Part shown: positions 10,386 to 20,385 of the stretch, one piece after another
Layout of the letters: every line of letters starts with the position of its first letter
Position numbering within the stretch: position 1 is the first letter of the stretch
Assembly (NCBI GenBank): GCA_963705505.1
Contig: CAVPJU010000009.1
Location: 1 to 46,658 of the forward strand
DNA from: an uncultured bacterium
GTDB lineage: Bacteria > Desulfobacterota_D > UBA1144 > Nemesobacterales > UBA2774
Length of the DNA stretch: 46,658 nucleotides
Direction of reading: 5' to 3'
Notes under the pieces: model-generated
What the model was told of the DNA's origin: nothing
Databases searched by the model: none
What the model saw: only the letters and a program-made list of their open reading frames with translations
Position numbers and translations under genes: made by a program

Positions 10386-10780
10386 CTGGTTTTCACGGTG
10401 CCTCACTCAATCAGACCCGCGACTATCTTTCTATTATCGTACAAACCCAAGAAATCACTTTAATTAATAATCATAGTTGGCTGACCCCGGCCCATTTCTT
10501 TAATACATTCGCCCGGATAGCAAATTGTAAACATTACTTAATTATACGTCTTGTTCATCTTATTTAGTCGAATATGTCCGAATTCAGGGAAATTCATAGA
10601 GCCGCTCTTCGATATTCTCAGTTATTCGCGGCATCGCCTGCTTACCCGCCGCCAATTCTGTGAATGTCGGGGAAGAAAAAACGGTGATTGGCGACTTGAA
10701 ATTCGGACCGTGTTCCGCCGGCTTGACACTATGTATGCGCCGGACAATAATTTGTAATAATAGATAGAAGGAGGCGGGCG

Positions 10781-11635
10781 ATGAACGACAATGATGATTT
10801 TATCGGCTGCTGGAATGAAATACTGGTCCCGAAATGGAACAGGTTTCGTCATTTGCTTTCCGGGAACGGACACGTGCACAGCGCGTCGGCTTACGCTGAT
10901 TTTCAGATCAAGCCCGGCGACAAGGTGCTGGATATAGGCTGCGGCTACGGCGAGACCTGTCTCGAGATGGGCAGGATCGTCGGCCCCGGGGGCGAGGTGC
11001 TGGGGCTCGACTGCACCGAGGCGTTTCTGGAAATCGCGAACAGGGAAAGGGACGAAGCCGGTCTCGACAACGTGAAGTTCGTTTTGGGCGATGCGCAGAC
11101 ATACGAGCTCCCCGCGAATTACTACGACGTGGTTTATTCGCGTTTCGGCGTGATGTTTTTTCAAAATATCGTCTATGCGCTCAAGAACGCCCATAAGACC
11201 CTGAAACCGGGCGGCAAGCTCTGCATGATCGTCTGGAGGACGATAAGGGATAATCCGTGCTGGGGACTGGCGAAGGATGTCGCGCTGAAACATCTGCCCC
11301 CTCCGGGAGAAAACGCTCAGACCTGCGGCCCGGGTCCGTTCGCGCTCGCTGACGAAGAAACCGACAGGGCTATGTTGAAGGCCGCCGGATTCGAGAATGT
11401 AGTATTGTTCAAGAGAAACGACGCGGTAGTATGTATCGGGACGAGCCTGGAAGAGGCGCTCGATTTTCAGATACTGGTCGGCCCTTCGGGGGAGATAATC
11501 CGCGAAGCCGGCGAGCTCGGGCGGGAAAAGCTCCCTGAAGTCCGCGAGGACATGAAGAACTCGATGAGAAAGTATGAAAAAGCGGACGGAGTTTATCTGC
11601 CTTCGAGTACCTGGTTCATCATGGCGAGGAAGTGA
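10781..11635 (+). CDS. Class I SAM-dependent methyltransferase
   Basis: VLDIGCGYG, SRFGVMFF, LKPGG; GGAGG RBS. Confidence 0.92.
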   Translation: MNDNDDFIGCWNEILVPKWNRFRHLLSGNGHVHSASAYADFQIKPGDKVLDIGCGYGETCLEMGRIVGPGGEVLGLDCTEAFLEIANRERDEAGLDNVKFVLGDAQTYELPANYYDVVYSRFGVMFFQNIVYALKNAHKTLKPGGKLCMIVWRTIRDNPCWGLAKDVALKHLPPPGENAQTCGPGPFALADEETDRAMLKAAGFENVVLFKRNDAVVCIGTSLEEALDFQILVGPSGEIIREAGELGREKLPEVREDMKNSMRKYEKADGVYLPSSTWFIMARK

Positions 11636-12228
11636 TTTACCACGCGGAACGCCTCTGGGCTGTGCATGTGGTGAGGGAATAAGCTAAATCCGACGCCTAT
11701 CAGCCATCCGGACTAGTAGCCCGCAGTCAGACAGGAGCTAATTGTACCTCGGTGCCTTTGAACGTCATGGCGTCCGAATACGCGCTCGCTTGCATTCGCT
11801 CATATTATCTAAGAAGTGAATTAAAGACTGGACGGATATTAACTTATCCCGCTTACAATAAGGCGGATTCAGAGATATTGATAAACGAGATGATGAAACA
11901 AGTTCAGCATGACTGCTTATGGCTTCGCGCCGGTGTCGGGAATGGAAAAGTAAAGGCAAAGACTATTCTCTTCTTTGTCTTGATACAAAGAAGCAAAAAT
12001 CACACACGTAGTGTGGTCTTTCGAAAAGAGAGCACGGAATTGTGCTAGAAATCCCTCGTTAAGGTATACCCCCCACCCATACCCTCCCCCACTTTGAAAG
12101 GGGGGAGGGGAATTATTTTAATCCTTCGACAGGCTCAGGATGAACGGGTTGTGTTGAGACCCTGGTTTGAGCAGAGGAATTGCGGAGGGATCGAATATGG
12201 GCGCAGATTCTGCGCCCCGCCCGCTTCG

Positions 12229-12663
12229 CTACTCCTGCATCATCTCGCCCGAGCCGCCCGCTTCCTTCGGAAAGTCCTTGAACTTGGGCAGGCCGTCCTT
12301 CATGTGGAGGACCGTCTCCTGATAGTTCACGTGGACCGCCGGCTTGAACTGTAAGTCCGGGATGGTTGCCGCGTACACGTCGGTGAGCCCCATCGTCGGA
12401 TGATCGGTGAACAGGTGTCCGCCGCAGGTCTTACACCACTTGCGGAAGCTATGAGGGGTCTTGTTGTATGTGCCTATGTTGCCCTCGCCCTTGGTGACCT
12501 TCACCGCGTCGGGCTTCCAGAGCGTAAAGGCGTTCACAGGCCCTGCGGACCAGTGACGGCACGAATCGCAGTGGCAGTAGCCCATAAGCACAGGGTCGCC
12601 TGTTACCGTCATTTGAACCGCTCCGCAAAAACAGCTCCCTTTGTAAGTATTATTCTCACTCAT
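12229..12663 (-). CDS. GFA (glutathione-dependent formaldehyde-activating / CENP-V) family protein
   Basis: GSCFCG, CHCDSCR, CKTCGG Zn ligands. Confidence 0.92.
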   Translation of the reverse strand: MSENNTYKGSCFCGAVQMTVTGDPVLMGYCHCDSCRHWSAGPVNAFTLWKPDAVKVTKGEGNIGTYNKTPHSFRKWCKTCGGHLFTDHPTMGLTDVYAATIPDLQFKPAVHVNYQETVLHMKDGLPKFKDFPKEAGGSGEMMQE

Positions 12664-12727
12664 ATTGCGTCTCCTCTGACAATAGATTAGAAAAATTCAT
12701 GTGAAATAACAATAGGGGACAGGTCGC

Positions 12728-12994
12728 TTAAATCCTGACGCCGAATACTGATAGAGTATTCTCGTCGATTTCCGTCTCCTCGGTCGTTCTCAAAGTTTCG
12801 TTCTCAGCGCGTGCTTTAACCGGGCTGAGGTAGAAGCTCATCGGGCTCGTCTCTACTACTCCGCCGTTCGTTTCGCTCTTTACTTCACATACCGCCGGAC
12901 GATTGGTGTAAAGATCCATATAGTCCGAAGCGGACGAAAGAGACGTAAAACCTAGCGACAAACCTAAAACCGTGACTGCAATTAACTTCCTCAT
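12728..12994 (-). CDS. Small secreted hypothetical protein
   Basis: Signal peptide, AAGGAG RBS, sigma54 promoter upstream. Confidence 0.75.
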   Translation of the reverse strand: MRKLIAVTVLGLSLGFTSLSSASDYMDLYTNRPAVCEVKSETNGGVVETSPMSFYLSPVKARAENETLRTTEETEIDENTLSVFGVRI

Positions 12995-13033
12995 TTATCT
13001 TAACTCCTTTTGATGTATTTGCGAATATGTAGG

Positions 13034-13050
13034 TGCAACTGATGTGCCAA
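13034..13050 (-). promoter_or_regulatory. Sigma-54 (-24/-12) promoter
   Basis: Minus strand TTGGCACATCAGTTGCA = GG-N10-GC consensus, 40 nt upstream of the 12994 start. Confidence 0.8.
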
Positions 13051-13225
13051 ATAGAATAGATTCACTAAATATTAGTGATTACAGAGAGTTAAGATATAGT
13101 TTATAAATATTTTTGTCTGGCGGGATTTCGCTACTAGCGATCTCTCGCTATAATTCGATACGGGATTTCGACATCTTCGAGCCGCGCCGGCCCGGGGATG
13201 TCTGTTCGATGGAAAGGTTCGGCTG

Positions 13226-13705
13226 TCAATAGGGCGTTCCGTCTTTGTGGACGAACTTCCACTTACCCTCCACAAGCGAAGCCATGAGATCGTCATCGGG
13301 GTAGTATCCTTCATCTCCCGGCGTCCTGTCGCCCACTTCGAGGTACACGACGTCCTCACCGGTTTCGTTGATCAGATGGTGACCGTTGCCTGCGCCCGCT
13401 TTGAAACCCGCGCACATTCCCGGAGAGAGCACCGTATGACCTTCGTCCGTGTGTAATGTCGGACTACCCCGCAGGATGTAAATGAACTCGTCTTGTTTGG
13501 TATGATAGTGACGGATAGACGAAACCGCATTGGGCGCCAGGCGCGTGAGGTTGACGCCGAAGTTGGTAAGGCCAAACAAATCTCCCAGCGGACGTTTCTC
13601 CCTGCCCGTCATCATTGATGCGAATGGTTCAGGGTAGTTTGACGGCTTGGTCCGTGCGGGCGCCTCGGCCGCATTGACGGCGACAGGCCTTTTTTCTTGT
13701 GACAT
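13226..13705 (-). CDS. Cupin domain protein
   Basis: RHYHTKQDEF, GHHLIN, YLEVGDR. Confidence 0.9.
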   Translation of the reverse strand: MSQEKRPVAVNAAEAPARTKPSNYPEPFASMMTGREKRPLGDLFGLTNFGVNLTRLAPNAVSSIRHYHTKQDEFIYILRGSPTLHTDEGHTVLSPGMCAGFKAGAGNGHHLINETGEDVVYLEVGDRTPGDEGYYPDDDLMASLVEGKWKFVHKDGTPY

Positions 13706-13876
13706 ATACGCCTCCTGATCCCGGATGATTATGTATGAGATAATAATGGATCCGGCCTCCCCCCTGCTTTATACCAAGGCAGGCGAGAGTTCCCGATTCA
13801 TTTTATTATACTCAATCTTCTGTTTAAAGCTCCGCTAAAATGCTTCCGGCGTCCCCGTATTCGTACAAGAGACCCG

Positions 13877-13905
13877 TTGACTTGCGGAACCTTCGAACAT
13901 ATCTT
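13877..13905 (+). promoter_or_regulatory. Probable sigma-70 promoter for cupin gene with long leader
   Basis: TTGACT-17 bp-TATCTT. Confidence 0.5.
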
Positions 13906-14106
13906 TAGCAAAAAGAGATACGGGTTAATGCGCCGCACGCTCCCTGTGCTATGAATACAGGGTAAAGAGTCTTTAAAAATGATAGTCAGGAAAATGGAGA
14001 CCCGTTATCTCCGGCCGGTAAACCATCCGGTTGTAGCAGTTTTCCGACAAGGGCAAGAGTAGTTTCCACGCAGTGAAGTTATAACAAATCCAGAGAGGAG
14101 CAGACC

Positions 14107-14532
14107 ATGATTCCAGTAGTTGAATCCAACAAGCTAGAGCGCGGCGAGGTATGGGGCCAAGAGGACCCGACCGTACGCTGGGCAGGCGCTTTCGCGGTCT
14201 ATGGAGGCCACGGCACGACGCAGTCATCGACGATCGTGTACGAAATCGAGCCGGGTCACAGGCTCGGCTGGCATACCGACGCCACGGAGGAGACCCAGTA
14301 CATCCTGGCCGGCAGCGGCAAGCTGTTCCTGGAGGACGGCACCACGTTCCCGGTAGGTCCGGGCAGCGTGTTCACCCTCCCGACGGGCGTAAAGCACGAT
14401 CTCGCCAACGTCGGCAAGGAAACGCTGCGGGCAGTGGCGTTCTTCGCGGCCGCTATGTTCACACAGGACTTCGACAACGTGATGATGCCGCCCAAGTCCC
14501 ACATTCTCGGGACGCCCAACAGAAACGAGTAG
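14107..14532 (+). CDS. Cupin domain protein
   Basis: GWHTDATEE, PTGVKHDLAN; GAGGAG RBS. Confidence 0.88.
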   Translation: MIPVVESNKLERGEVWGQEDPTVRWAGAFAVYGGHGTTQSSTIVYEIEPGHRLGWHTDATEETQYILAGSGKLFLEDGTTFPVGPGSVFTLPTGVKHDLANVGKETLRAVAFFAAAMFTQDFDNVMMPPKSHILGTPNRNE

Positions 14533-14724
14533 CCGCATCGCGCGTATCTTGCCGCGGAGGCGGCGGCGCGCATATTGCTGCGGAGTGACCTGAAAAGTCC
14601 GGCGGGACAGTTGTGTCCGGCGCGGGCGCAGGGCGGCGGTGTGCCTTGGCGGGAAAGTTAAAGCGTGATGGGGCTTTGTTTTGTGGGGGAGGGGACTTGA
14701 GGTCACAAAGTGTGACTTCAAGAT

Positions 14725-15459
14725 TCAAATGGCTTCTTTATATCTGATGAAGCCGTGGGGCATTTCGTCATAAGTGCGTCCTTCGAGATTCCTGCCCGTC
14801 CTGTGTTTCTGGACACCACCCCATTGCTTGAAGAAAAATGGGACGTCGGATCTACGACACTGATCGAGTATCGAAGTCACCCACTCGGCTTTCATCGGAC
14901 GCGCTTTAGGTCCGGATTCTCCGCCTACGATTACCCAATGGATACCGTCGAGGTTGAGGCTGTCAAGCGGGCCGATCAATGGCTCGCATGAAAGGAACCT
15001 CACGTAAGCAGGGACTTCTCGTAAATCATCGATCCTTTGGAGCACTCTTCCGTCCTCAACGCTCACGCCCATCCATACGTTAGGCGACCAGGGCAAATCA
15101 CCCGCCATTTCCAAGAGCCTACCACTCCGCTTGGTGAGTATTTGATAGACGTGCTGAGGGGTTTCGCTCATCGTCACGAATATTTTCTCGATGAATGAAT
15201 AGGGGACTTTGTCGTGGAAGAGGTCGCTCATGGAGTTAACGAATATGACCCTCGGCTGCTTCCACTTAAGGGGTAGTGTGATAAGGTCTTCGTGGAGCGT
15301 GACGGAGAAGCCATTTTGATAACGGTGGTTCCCCATAGCTTTCAAACGCTTCGCCAGCCTTTCGGCATAGCAGAACTTGCACCCCTGACTTACCTTGTCG
15401 CAGCCGGTAACAGGGTTCCACGTAGTTTCAGTCCATTCGATTTTGGAATTGGTAGCCAT
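14725..15459 (-). CDS. DUF5131 / phage Gp37-Gp68 family radical SAM-like protein
   Basis: IEWTETTWNPVTGCDKVSQGCKFCYA, VNSMSDLFH, SCEPL, VGGESG, FFKQWGG. Confidence 0.95.
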   Translation of the reverse strand: MATNSKIEWTETTWNPVTGCDKVSQGCKFCYAERLAKRLKAMGNHRYQNGFSVTLHEDLITLPLKWKQPRVIFVNSMSDLFHDKVPYSFIEKIFVTMSETPQHVYQILTKRSGRLLEMAGDLPWSPNVWMGVSVEDGRVLQRIDDLREVPAYVRFLSCEPLIGPLDSLNLDGIHWVIVGGESGPKARPMKAEWVTSILDQCRRSDVPFFFKQWGGVQKHRTGRNLEGRTYDEMPHGFIRYKEAI

Positions 15460-15468
15460 CGGTTATCT

Positions 15469-16626
15469 TTACTTGTTCAAAAATTTAACCCTTCTTCCGT
15501 CCCCTAATGTTAATTTGCCATTTCTTACTTGTCGTTCGCTGGCTGGTTTATCAACTACTATCTTTCCTTTTCTTTCCAGATCAATTAATGCATCCTTATA
15601 ATTTGAAAGCGTATAATGTCTTGTAGATGCTTCTCCGATGTCATGTTCTTCATATACCTCTGATACTAATAAATTCCTACCTTTGAAATGACTTAACAGC
15701 ATAATTTTCAGTTTATCCAATGGTCCATTGGTATCCGTGAATGGTAGTTCTGGTTCTGTTTTGATTTCTGGGTTGAATTCAAACGATGCAACACCTTGAT
15801 TATACGAGTTGCTATTTTTTGCTAATATATCTTTCATTACTTTATAGCCCTTGATGTGTTTACTCACAAAAATTAGATAATGGCTGGTTCTTTCTTCGCC
15901 ATAATGCGGAAATCGAAAATCTAGTACATAATTACCGCCAATTTCTTTAATTGCATCTATTAAATATTCTAATATTATTCTTTCTCTTTGCCTAGGAGCT
16001 AAATCTTGTACTTTCAGTTTTAATTTTTTGTATCGTGATTCACCAAATAAGATGTTCATATGAGATGCCATGTATTTATTGGATATAGCACTATTGATAC
16101 GTTGGTAGTTAAAGAAAAAAATTCCGTCACTACCCCAATCTTTTAAGACGGAATGAATTAAAGTTAATGATAAACCTTTATAGCCAAATGGATCTATGAA
16201 AAACAGAGTAGGAATGAGTTCAGTTTCGGCTAACTTAAGCTCATCTATGATTTTTGAATCTTCGTCCATAAGGATAGTTTTGAAAACAGGTTTATGATGT
16301 AAGCTTTTATATCCTTTCAATTGCTCGATATTGCTCTTTAATTCCTCTATATATTCAGGATTTCCATCGTTGAAAATTGATACTAACATTTTGCGCTTAT
16401 TTGGGTTATTGATGGCTTTTTCCATGACAAGTAACGGTGTACTCATTGTGCCATCCTCATACTTTCCAGGTCCAGCAAAAAAATCAATATATAGGAACCT
16501 GTTATCATGTTTTTTAATGGAGGGGAGCAATATAGTAGACCAAGTGTCAAAATAATCCGCAACTAATTTTGCTTTACATAAAGAAGACTGAGTTGGCTTT
16601 TTGAAAAAATCTGAGTCTTTACTAAT
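15469..16626 (-). CDS. tcmP: Three-Cys-motif partner protein TcmP (probable ATT start)
   Basis: YIDFFAGPG, STPL, FIDPFGY, C-terminal wHTH-like NYKDALIDLE; the frame stays open upstream through FFKKPTQSS..K..VADYFDTW; adjacent to DUF5131. Confidence 0.85.
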   Translation of the reverse strand: MSKDSDFFKKPTQSSLCKAKLVADYFDTWSTILLPSIKKHDNRFLYIDFFAGPGKYEDGTMSTPLLVMEKAINNPNKRKMLVSIFNDGNPEYIEELKSNIEQLKGYKSLHHKPVFKTILMDEDSKIIDELKLAETELIPTLFFIDPFGYKGLSLTLIHSVLKDWGSDGIFFFNYQRINSAISNKYMASHMNILFGESRYKKLKLKVQDLAPRQRERIILEYLIDAIKEIGGNYVLDFRFPHYGEERTSHYLIFVSKHIKGYKVMKDILAKNSNSYNQGVASFEFNPEIKTEPELPFTDTNGPLDKLKIMLLSHFKGRNLLVSEVYEEHDIGEASTRHYTLSNYKDALIDLERKGKIVVDKPASERQVRNGKLTLGDGRRVKFLNK

Positions 16627-16747
16627 ATCATATCTCCCTTACAAATTAACAAGCTCTAATATAAATATGATATTAGCATTTTATCTATTAAATTCAAAAG
16701 CATTTTGGTGATTCACTATGTCGGATGTTACCTAAAAATCCCCCCCC

Positions 16748-17392
16748 TCACACATTCTGAAAGACCCAGCGGACGCGGCCGACGATGAGGTTGCGGTCCA
16801 TTTCGTCGAGCGGCACGGAGTAGTCGGCGACCATCTGGTTGTCGCTCTTGATGATGATCTCGTGGGGCTTGATCTCGACGCGCTTCACGACGTAGCCTTC
16901 GTAGGGCAGATGCAGGCAGTAGATACCGTTGCTCACGATCTTCTTGTCGTTCGGGTCAAAGCCCACGTACGCGCCGTTCACTATGGTGGGATACATGCTG
17001 TCCCCCTCGACGCGGAATCCGTTCGTGTAGTTGCGGACTAATTTCGACGGCAGGGTGACCCTCTCTATCGGCTCAGCGTCGGGCGACGTTAGCGGATTGC
17101 CCGCGCCGGCGAGCTCCCATATCTTTATCTCGACGAGGTTGTCCCCGCCGAAGACGTTCGAGATGTCGGGGAGGAACATATCCCCCTGGCCGCGGCGGAG
17201 CCACCTCGGGCTTACGCCGTATATCTTCTCTATAACTTTCAGAAAGTGGTCCGGCGGACGCGTGCGCCCGGACTCCCAGCTGAGGACGGTGTTGAGCGAT
17301 TTTCCTATCCCCTTGCCGAAATCGTCCTGAGTGAGGTCGAGCGCCTCCCTCACGAGCTTGAGCCTCTTTCCGATCTCATTATTGTGATCCAT
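16748..17392 (-). CDS. CI/LexA-like repressor (XRE HTH + S24 peptidase)
   Basis: RLKLVREALDLTQDDF..WESGRT HTH; AGAG cleavage site; VEGDSMYP and VVKR catalytic motifs. Confidence 0.92.
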   Translation of the reverse strand: MDHNNEIGKRLKLVREALDLTQDDFGKGIGKSLNTVLSWESGRTRPPDHFLKVIEKIYGVSPRWLRRGQGDMFLPDISNVFGGDNLVEIKIWELAGAGNPLTSPDAEPIERVTLPSKLVRNYTNGFRVEGDSMYPTIVNGAYVGFDPNDKKIVSNGIYCLHLPYEGYVVKRVEIKPHEIIIKSDNQMVADYSVPLDEMDRNLIVGRVRWVFQNV

Positions 17393-17404
17393 GTTGCCCC
17401 CTAT

Positions 17405-17512
17405 TTCCCAATTCTGTGAATTTTCCTATTGACAAATTCCCAGTTCTGTGAAATTATTATACATAGTGAATATGACAATAGCAATATTAATACACAATAT
17501 TGGGAATTGCAA
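17405..17512. promoter_or_regulatory. Putative operators and face-to-face promoters of the repressor switch
   Basis: TTCCCAATTCTGTGAA (17405), TTCCCAGTTCTGTGAA (17437), inverted TTCCCAATATTGTGTA (17491-17506); TTGACA at 17429; minus-strand TTGCAA-17-TAATAT. Confidence 0.6.
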
Positions 17513-17894
17513 ATATTTTTTCGCGGAATGGTTGGAAGGGATGATAAGAGGGCGCGAATGAAGATGAGGGGAGATGAGATGGGAATGGAAAGGGAGAAAG
17601 CTCATGATGCAATGGTTATCAAAGGAAGCAATATCACTTTCCCCCTTAGAAAAAGGGGGATTCAGGGGGATTTAAAAATAGATAAGAAAATCCTCCCTAA
17701 CCCTCCTTTTCCTAAGGAGGGAATTAAAAGAAAAGGCAAAAATGAGATCCTGAGTCAAGCTCAGGATGACAGATTAATGACGACGGAATTGACAGGGGGA
17801 GAATGGAAACTGATGGGACGGATAGAGCAACGATTTCGAGCGAGCGAGGAATCGGACGCCCTTGCTAATGAAACAGAGGAGAGAGTGGAAACTG

Positions 17895-18311
17895 ATGGGA
17901 CGGATAGAGCATATAACGACACAGCAGATAATCGGGGAGTGGGGGAGCATAGAGAATTTTGCGGCTTCGCACGGGGTGAGCCCGGCTTCGACGAAGATGG
18001 TGATTTACGTGGACGGGGCGAAGAGCAGGCCGGTAGAGGAGGCGCTCCGGAAGTACGGATACCTGAACTTGCTCCGGTTCGAGAAGGAGCTCAAAAAAAG
18101 GGGGCAGACGTTTTCGGGGTACGTTGCGACAGACGGGCTCAACCCCGTGGAGCTGATAGAGACGCTCAGGATGAAGGAGACGCACCGGGATGTGGTGACG
18201 GGGCTCAAGAGGAACGGATTCTGGGCGGTGCTGGAAAAGGGGAGTGAGCGGGAGAGGAGGGGGATAAAAATTAAATCCTCCCTGACCCTCCTTTACGAAA
18301 GGAGGGAATGA
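17895..18311 (+). CDS. Ner/Cro-like DNA-binding protein, apparently two tandem HTH units
   Basis: WGSIENFAASHGVSPAS and LKKRGQTFSGYVATDGLNPVEL; divergent from CI. Confidence 0.55.
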   Translation: MGRIEHITTQQIIGEWGSIENFAASHGVSPASTKMVIYVDGAKSRPVEEALRKYGYLNLLRFEKELKKRGQTFSGYVATDGLNPVELIETLRMKETHRDVVTGLKRNGFWAVLEKGSERERRGIKIKSSLTLLYERRE

Positions 18312-18389
18312 AAAGGACAAAGACGAGATGCTGATTAGATCACCGGATTCGAGTCCGGGATGACGAACAATGTGTGCGAGGAGGCGGTC

Positions 18390-18665
18390 ATGAAGTATTC
18401 GGTGATTAAGTACATGAGTTACGCGGCGCTCGGGTTCGGGTTTCTCTACATGACGTGGCATCTGGGGAGGGCGTTCGAGAAGCATGGGGCCGAGAACGTG
18501 ACGGTGACGGCGTGCAGGGATACGGGCGCGGGGTACGACTGCAGGGCGGTCGAGGTCGAGATCGGAGAGTTGAAGCGCGTGTACGAGCGGGCGATAGAGG
18601 AGCGGCAGGAGCCTGTGCCCGCAGCCGGGCGGAATAATAATTTGCTGGAGCTCACCAGGAGATGA
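18390..18665 (+). CDS. Small membrane-anchored hypothetical protein
   Basis: GAGGAGG RBS, hydrophobic N-terminus. Confidence 0.65.
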   Translation: MKYSVIKYMSYAALGFGFLYMTWHLGRAFEKHGAENVTVTACRDTGAGYDCRAVEVEIGELKRVYERAIEERQEPVPAAGRNNNLLELTRR

Positions 18666-18886
18666 GGGGGTAGAGGCCAGCCGCTCCGGCTTTCCTGCAA
18701 TATTCATCCTTCTTAGCGAGGGAAAGCCGGTGATGCACTCCTACAGAGACGGTCCCGGGACTCTCCGGCGGCCAGTCCCCTGGCGAAGCCGGGGAGCCGG
18801 GACGTCTTTTATATATATAAGGTGTGGGTGATGGGTTTGGGAGAATGTAACCCTATATAGATCCGGGTTCCGGGAGGTAACGGGTT

Positions 18887-19324
18887 ATGCTGCAGAACGG
18901 GAATGACAAACGTGCAGTAGGGTCGGGTTGGGTATCGAGGATATCCGAGACGGGGTTCAAGATCGAGGGCAGGGAGGGGTGGTTCTCGTTCCCCCGTGCC
19001 GAAGAAAGAGAAGCGGCGTTCGAGATACCTATCGCGGGTGATTTCATAGAGTACAGGTACACGAAGGACGCGGGCGGGACGTGGGTGTACGCGATCAACG
19101 TGCTGAGCAGGTGGGAGCCTCCGAAGACCCCGCTTCCGTTCAAGGAGCCCCGGAGGAGGAACGAGGCCTCGTGGGAGGTTGTGAGGGAGGAGAGGCTGAT
19201 TCAGCTCCTCGGGATAGCCGTGCAGAACTACAGCGGGCGGGCGATGGGGGTGGACGACCTGATGAGGGACGCGATACTGCTCGAGAGGGAGCTGCTCCGC
19301 GCGCTCAAGAGGTGGAAGGAGTAG
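18887..19324 (+). CDS. Hypothetical phage-type protein
   Basis: GGGAGG RBS, host-like codon usage. Confidence 0.7.
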   Translation: MLQNGNDKRAVGSGWVSRISETGFKIEGREGWFSFPRAEEREAAFEIPIAGDFIEYRYTKDAGGTWVYAINVLSRWEPPKTPLPFKEPRRRNEASWEVVREERLIQLLGIAVQNYSGRAMGVDDLMRDAILLERELLRALKRWKE

Positions 19325-19554
19325 GGGGTTGGGTGGGAAAGGCTAGAGATATCATTTTCCCCCTTTGTAAAGGGGGATTCAGGGGGATTTAAAGAATGAA
19401 AAAAGATAAATCCATCCTGGCCTTCCTTTACAAAAGGAAGGAATAAAAGGAAGGAAGGATGATTAGATTTCTCACCTCGTCGAAATGACAGGGTAGATCG
19501 GATCACGACGATGAGTTGGCGCGGAGACGGAATGGGAACAGCAGGGAGACAGAG

Positions 19555-20262
19555 ATGAGCAGGGAGAGCTGGGAGAGTTTGCTGACGGAGAAGGGGTTCA
19601 TGCGGGTGCCGAGGGCGTTGAGACTGAAGCGCGCCGAGCTGGGGATCACGAATAACGAATATACCATATTGCTCGACTATATAGACTATTATACGTTCAG
19701 CGGGACGATGAACCCTTACAGACACCTCTCGGAGGTGAGCGGTATGAGCGAGAGGTCCATAAGGAGTGCCCTGACCACGCTCGAGAAGAAGGGGCTCCTC
19801 AAGCGGAAGGTGAGCAGGCACGGGAACGGCAGGACGAACGGTGTCATATTCAGCATCGATCCGCTAGTGAAGAAACTGAAATCCATCATGAAGAAATCTT
19901 CCCCTACTGTAGGGGAAGAAAACGTCCCCTACGTGGGTGAAGAATCCTTCCACCCTAATACAGGAAAAGAATTTAATAAGAGAGACGAGGATAAGAACAC
20001 GTCCGCTAAGAACGCGGACGCTTGTGCGCGCGGGTATGAGTATCCAAGTGAGAAGGAAGATGAGGGAAAAGAGAGTGAGGCTTGCAATCAGATTTCCGGT
20101 TGGAGCGGGGAGACCGGGGGGCCGCAGGAGAACGCCGGGCGCAATGACCGCAATCCGGCTTGCCAGGGCGATGCCGTGACGAACGGAGGTAAGGCGAGTC
20201 AAATCCACCTTGCGCCCGAGCTCAGGAGGCTGGACGGCCCCCGGAATCCCTTTGTGCGGTAA
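19555..20262 (+). CDS. Winged-HTH phage replication-initiator-like protein
   Basis: PYRHLSEVSGMSERSIRSALTTLEKKGLLKR followed by low-complexity linker. Confidence 0.7.
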   Translation: MSRESWESLLTEKGFMRVPRALRLKRAELGITNNEYTILLDYIDYYTFSGTMNPYRHLSEVSGMSERSIRSALTTLEKKGLLKRKVSRHGNGRTNGVIFSIDPLVKKLKSIMKKSSPTVGEENVPYVGEESFHPNTGKEFNKRDEDKNTSAKNADACARGYEYPSEKEDEGKESEACNQISGWSGETGGPQENAGRNDRNPACQGDAVTNGGKASQIHLAPELRRLDGPRNPFVR

Positions 20263-20385
20263 GGGTAGGGAATGGGATTTAAATAAACTCCACCCTGACC
20301 TTCCTCTCAAAAGGAGGGAAGGGCCGAGCGGGTTAAGCACGAGATTGCCGCGGTCGCGTCGAAAGCGCTCCCTCGCAATGACGGG

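Noticed and set aside
17429..18247. 272-aa ORF
   Set aside because: Runs through operators and REPs and shadows the Ner-like frame
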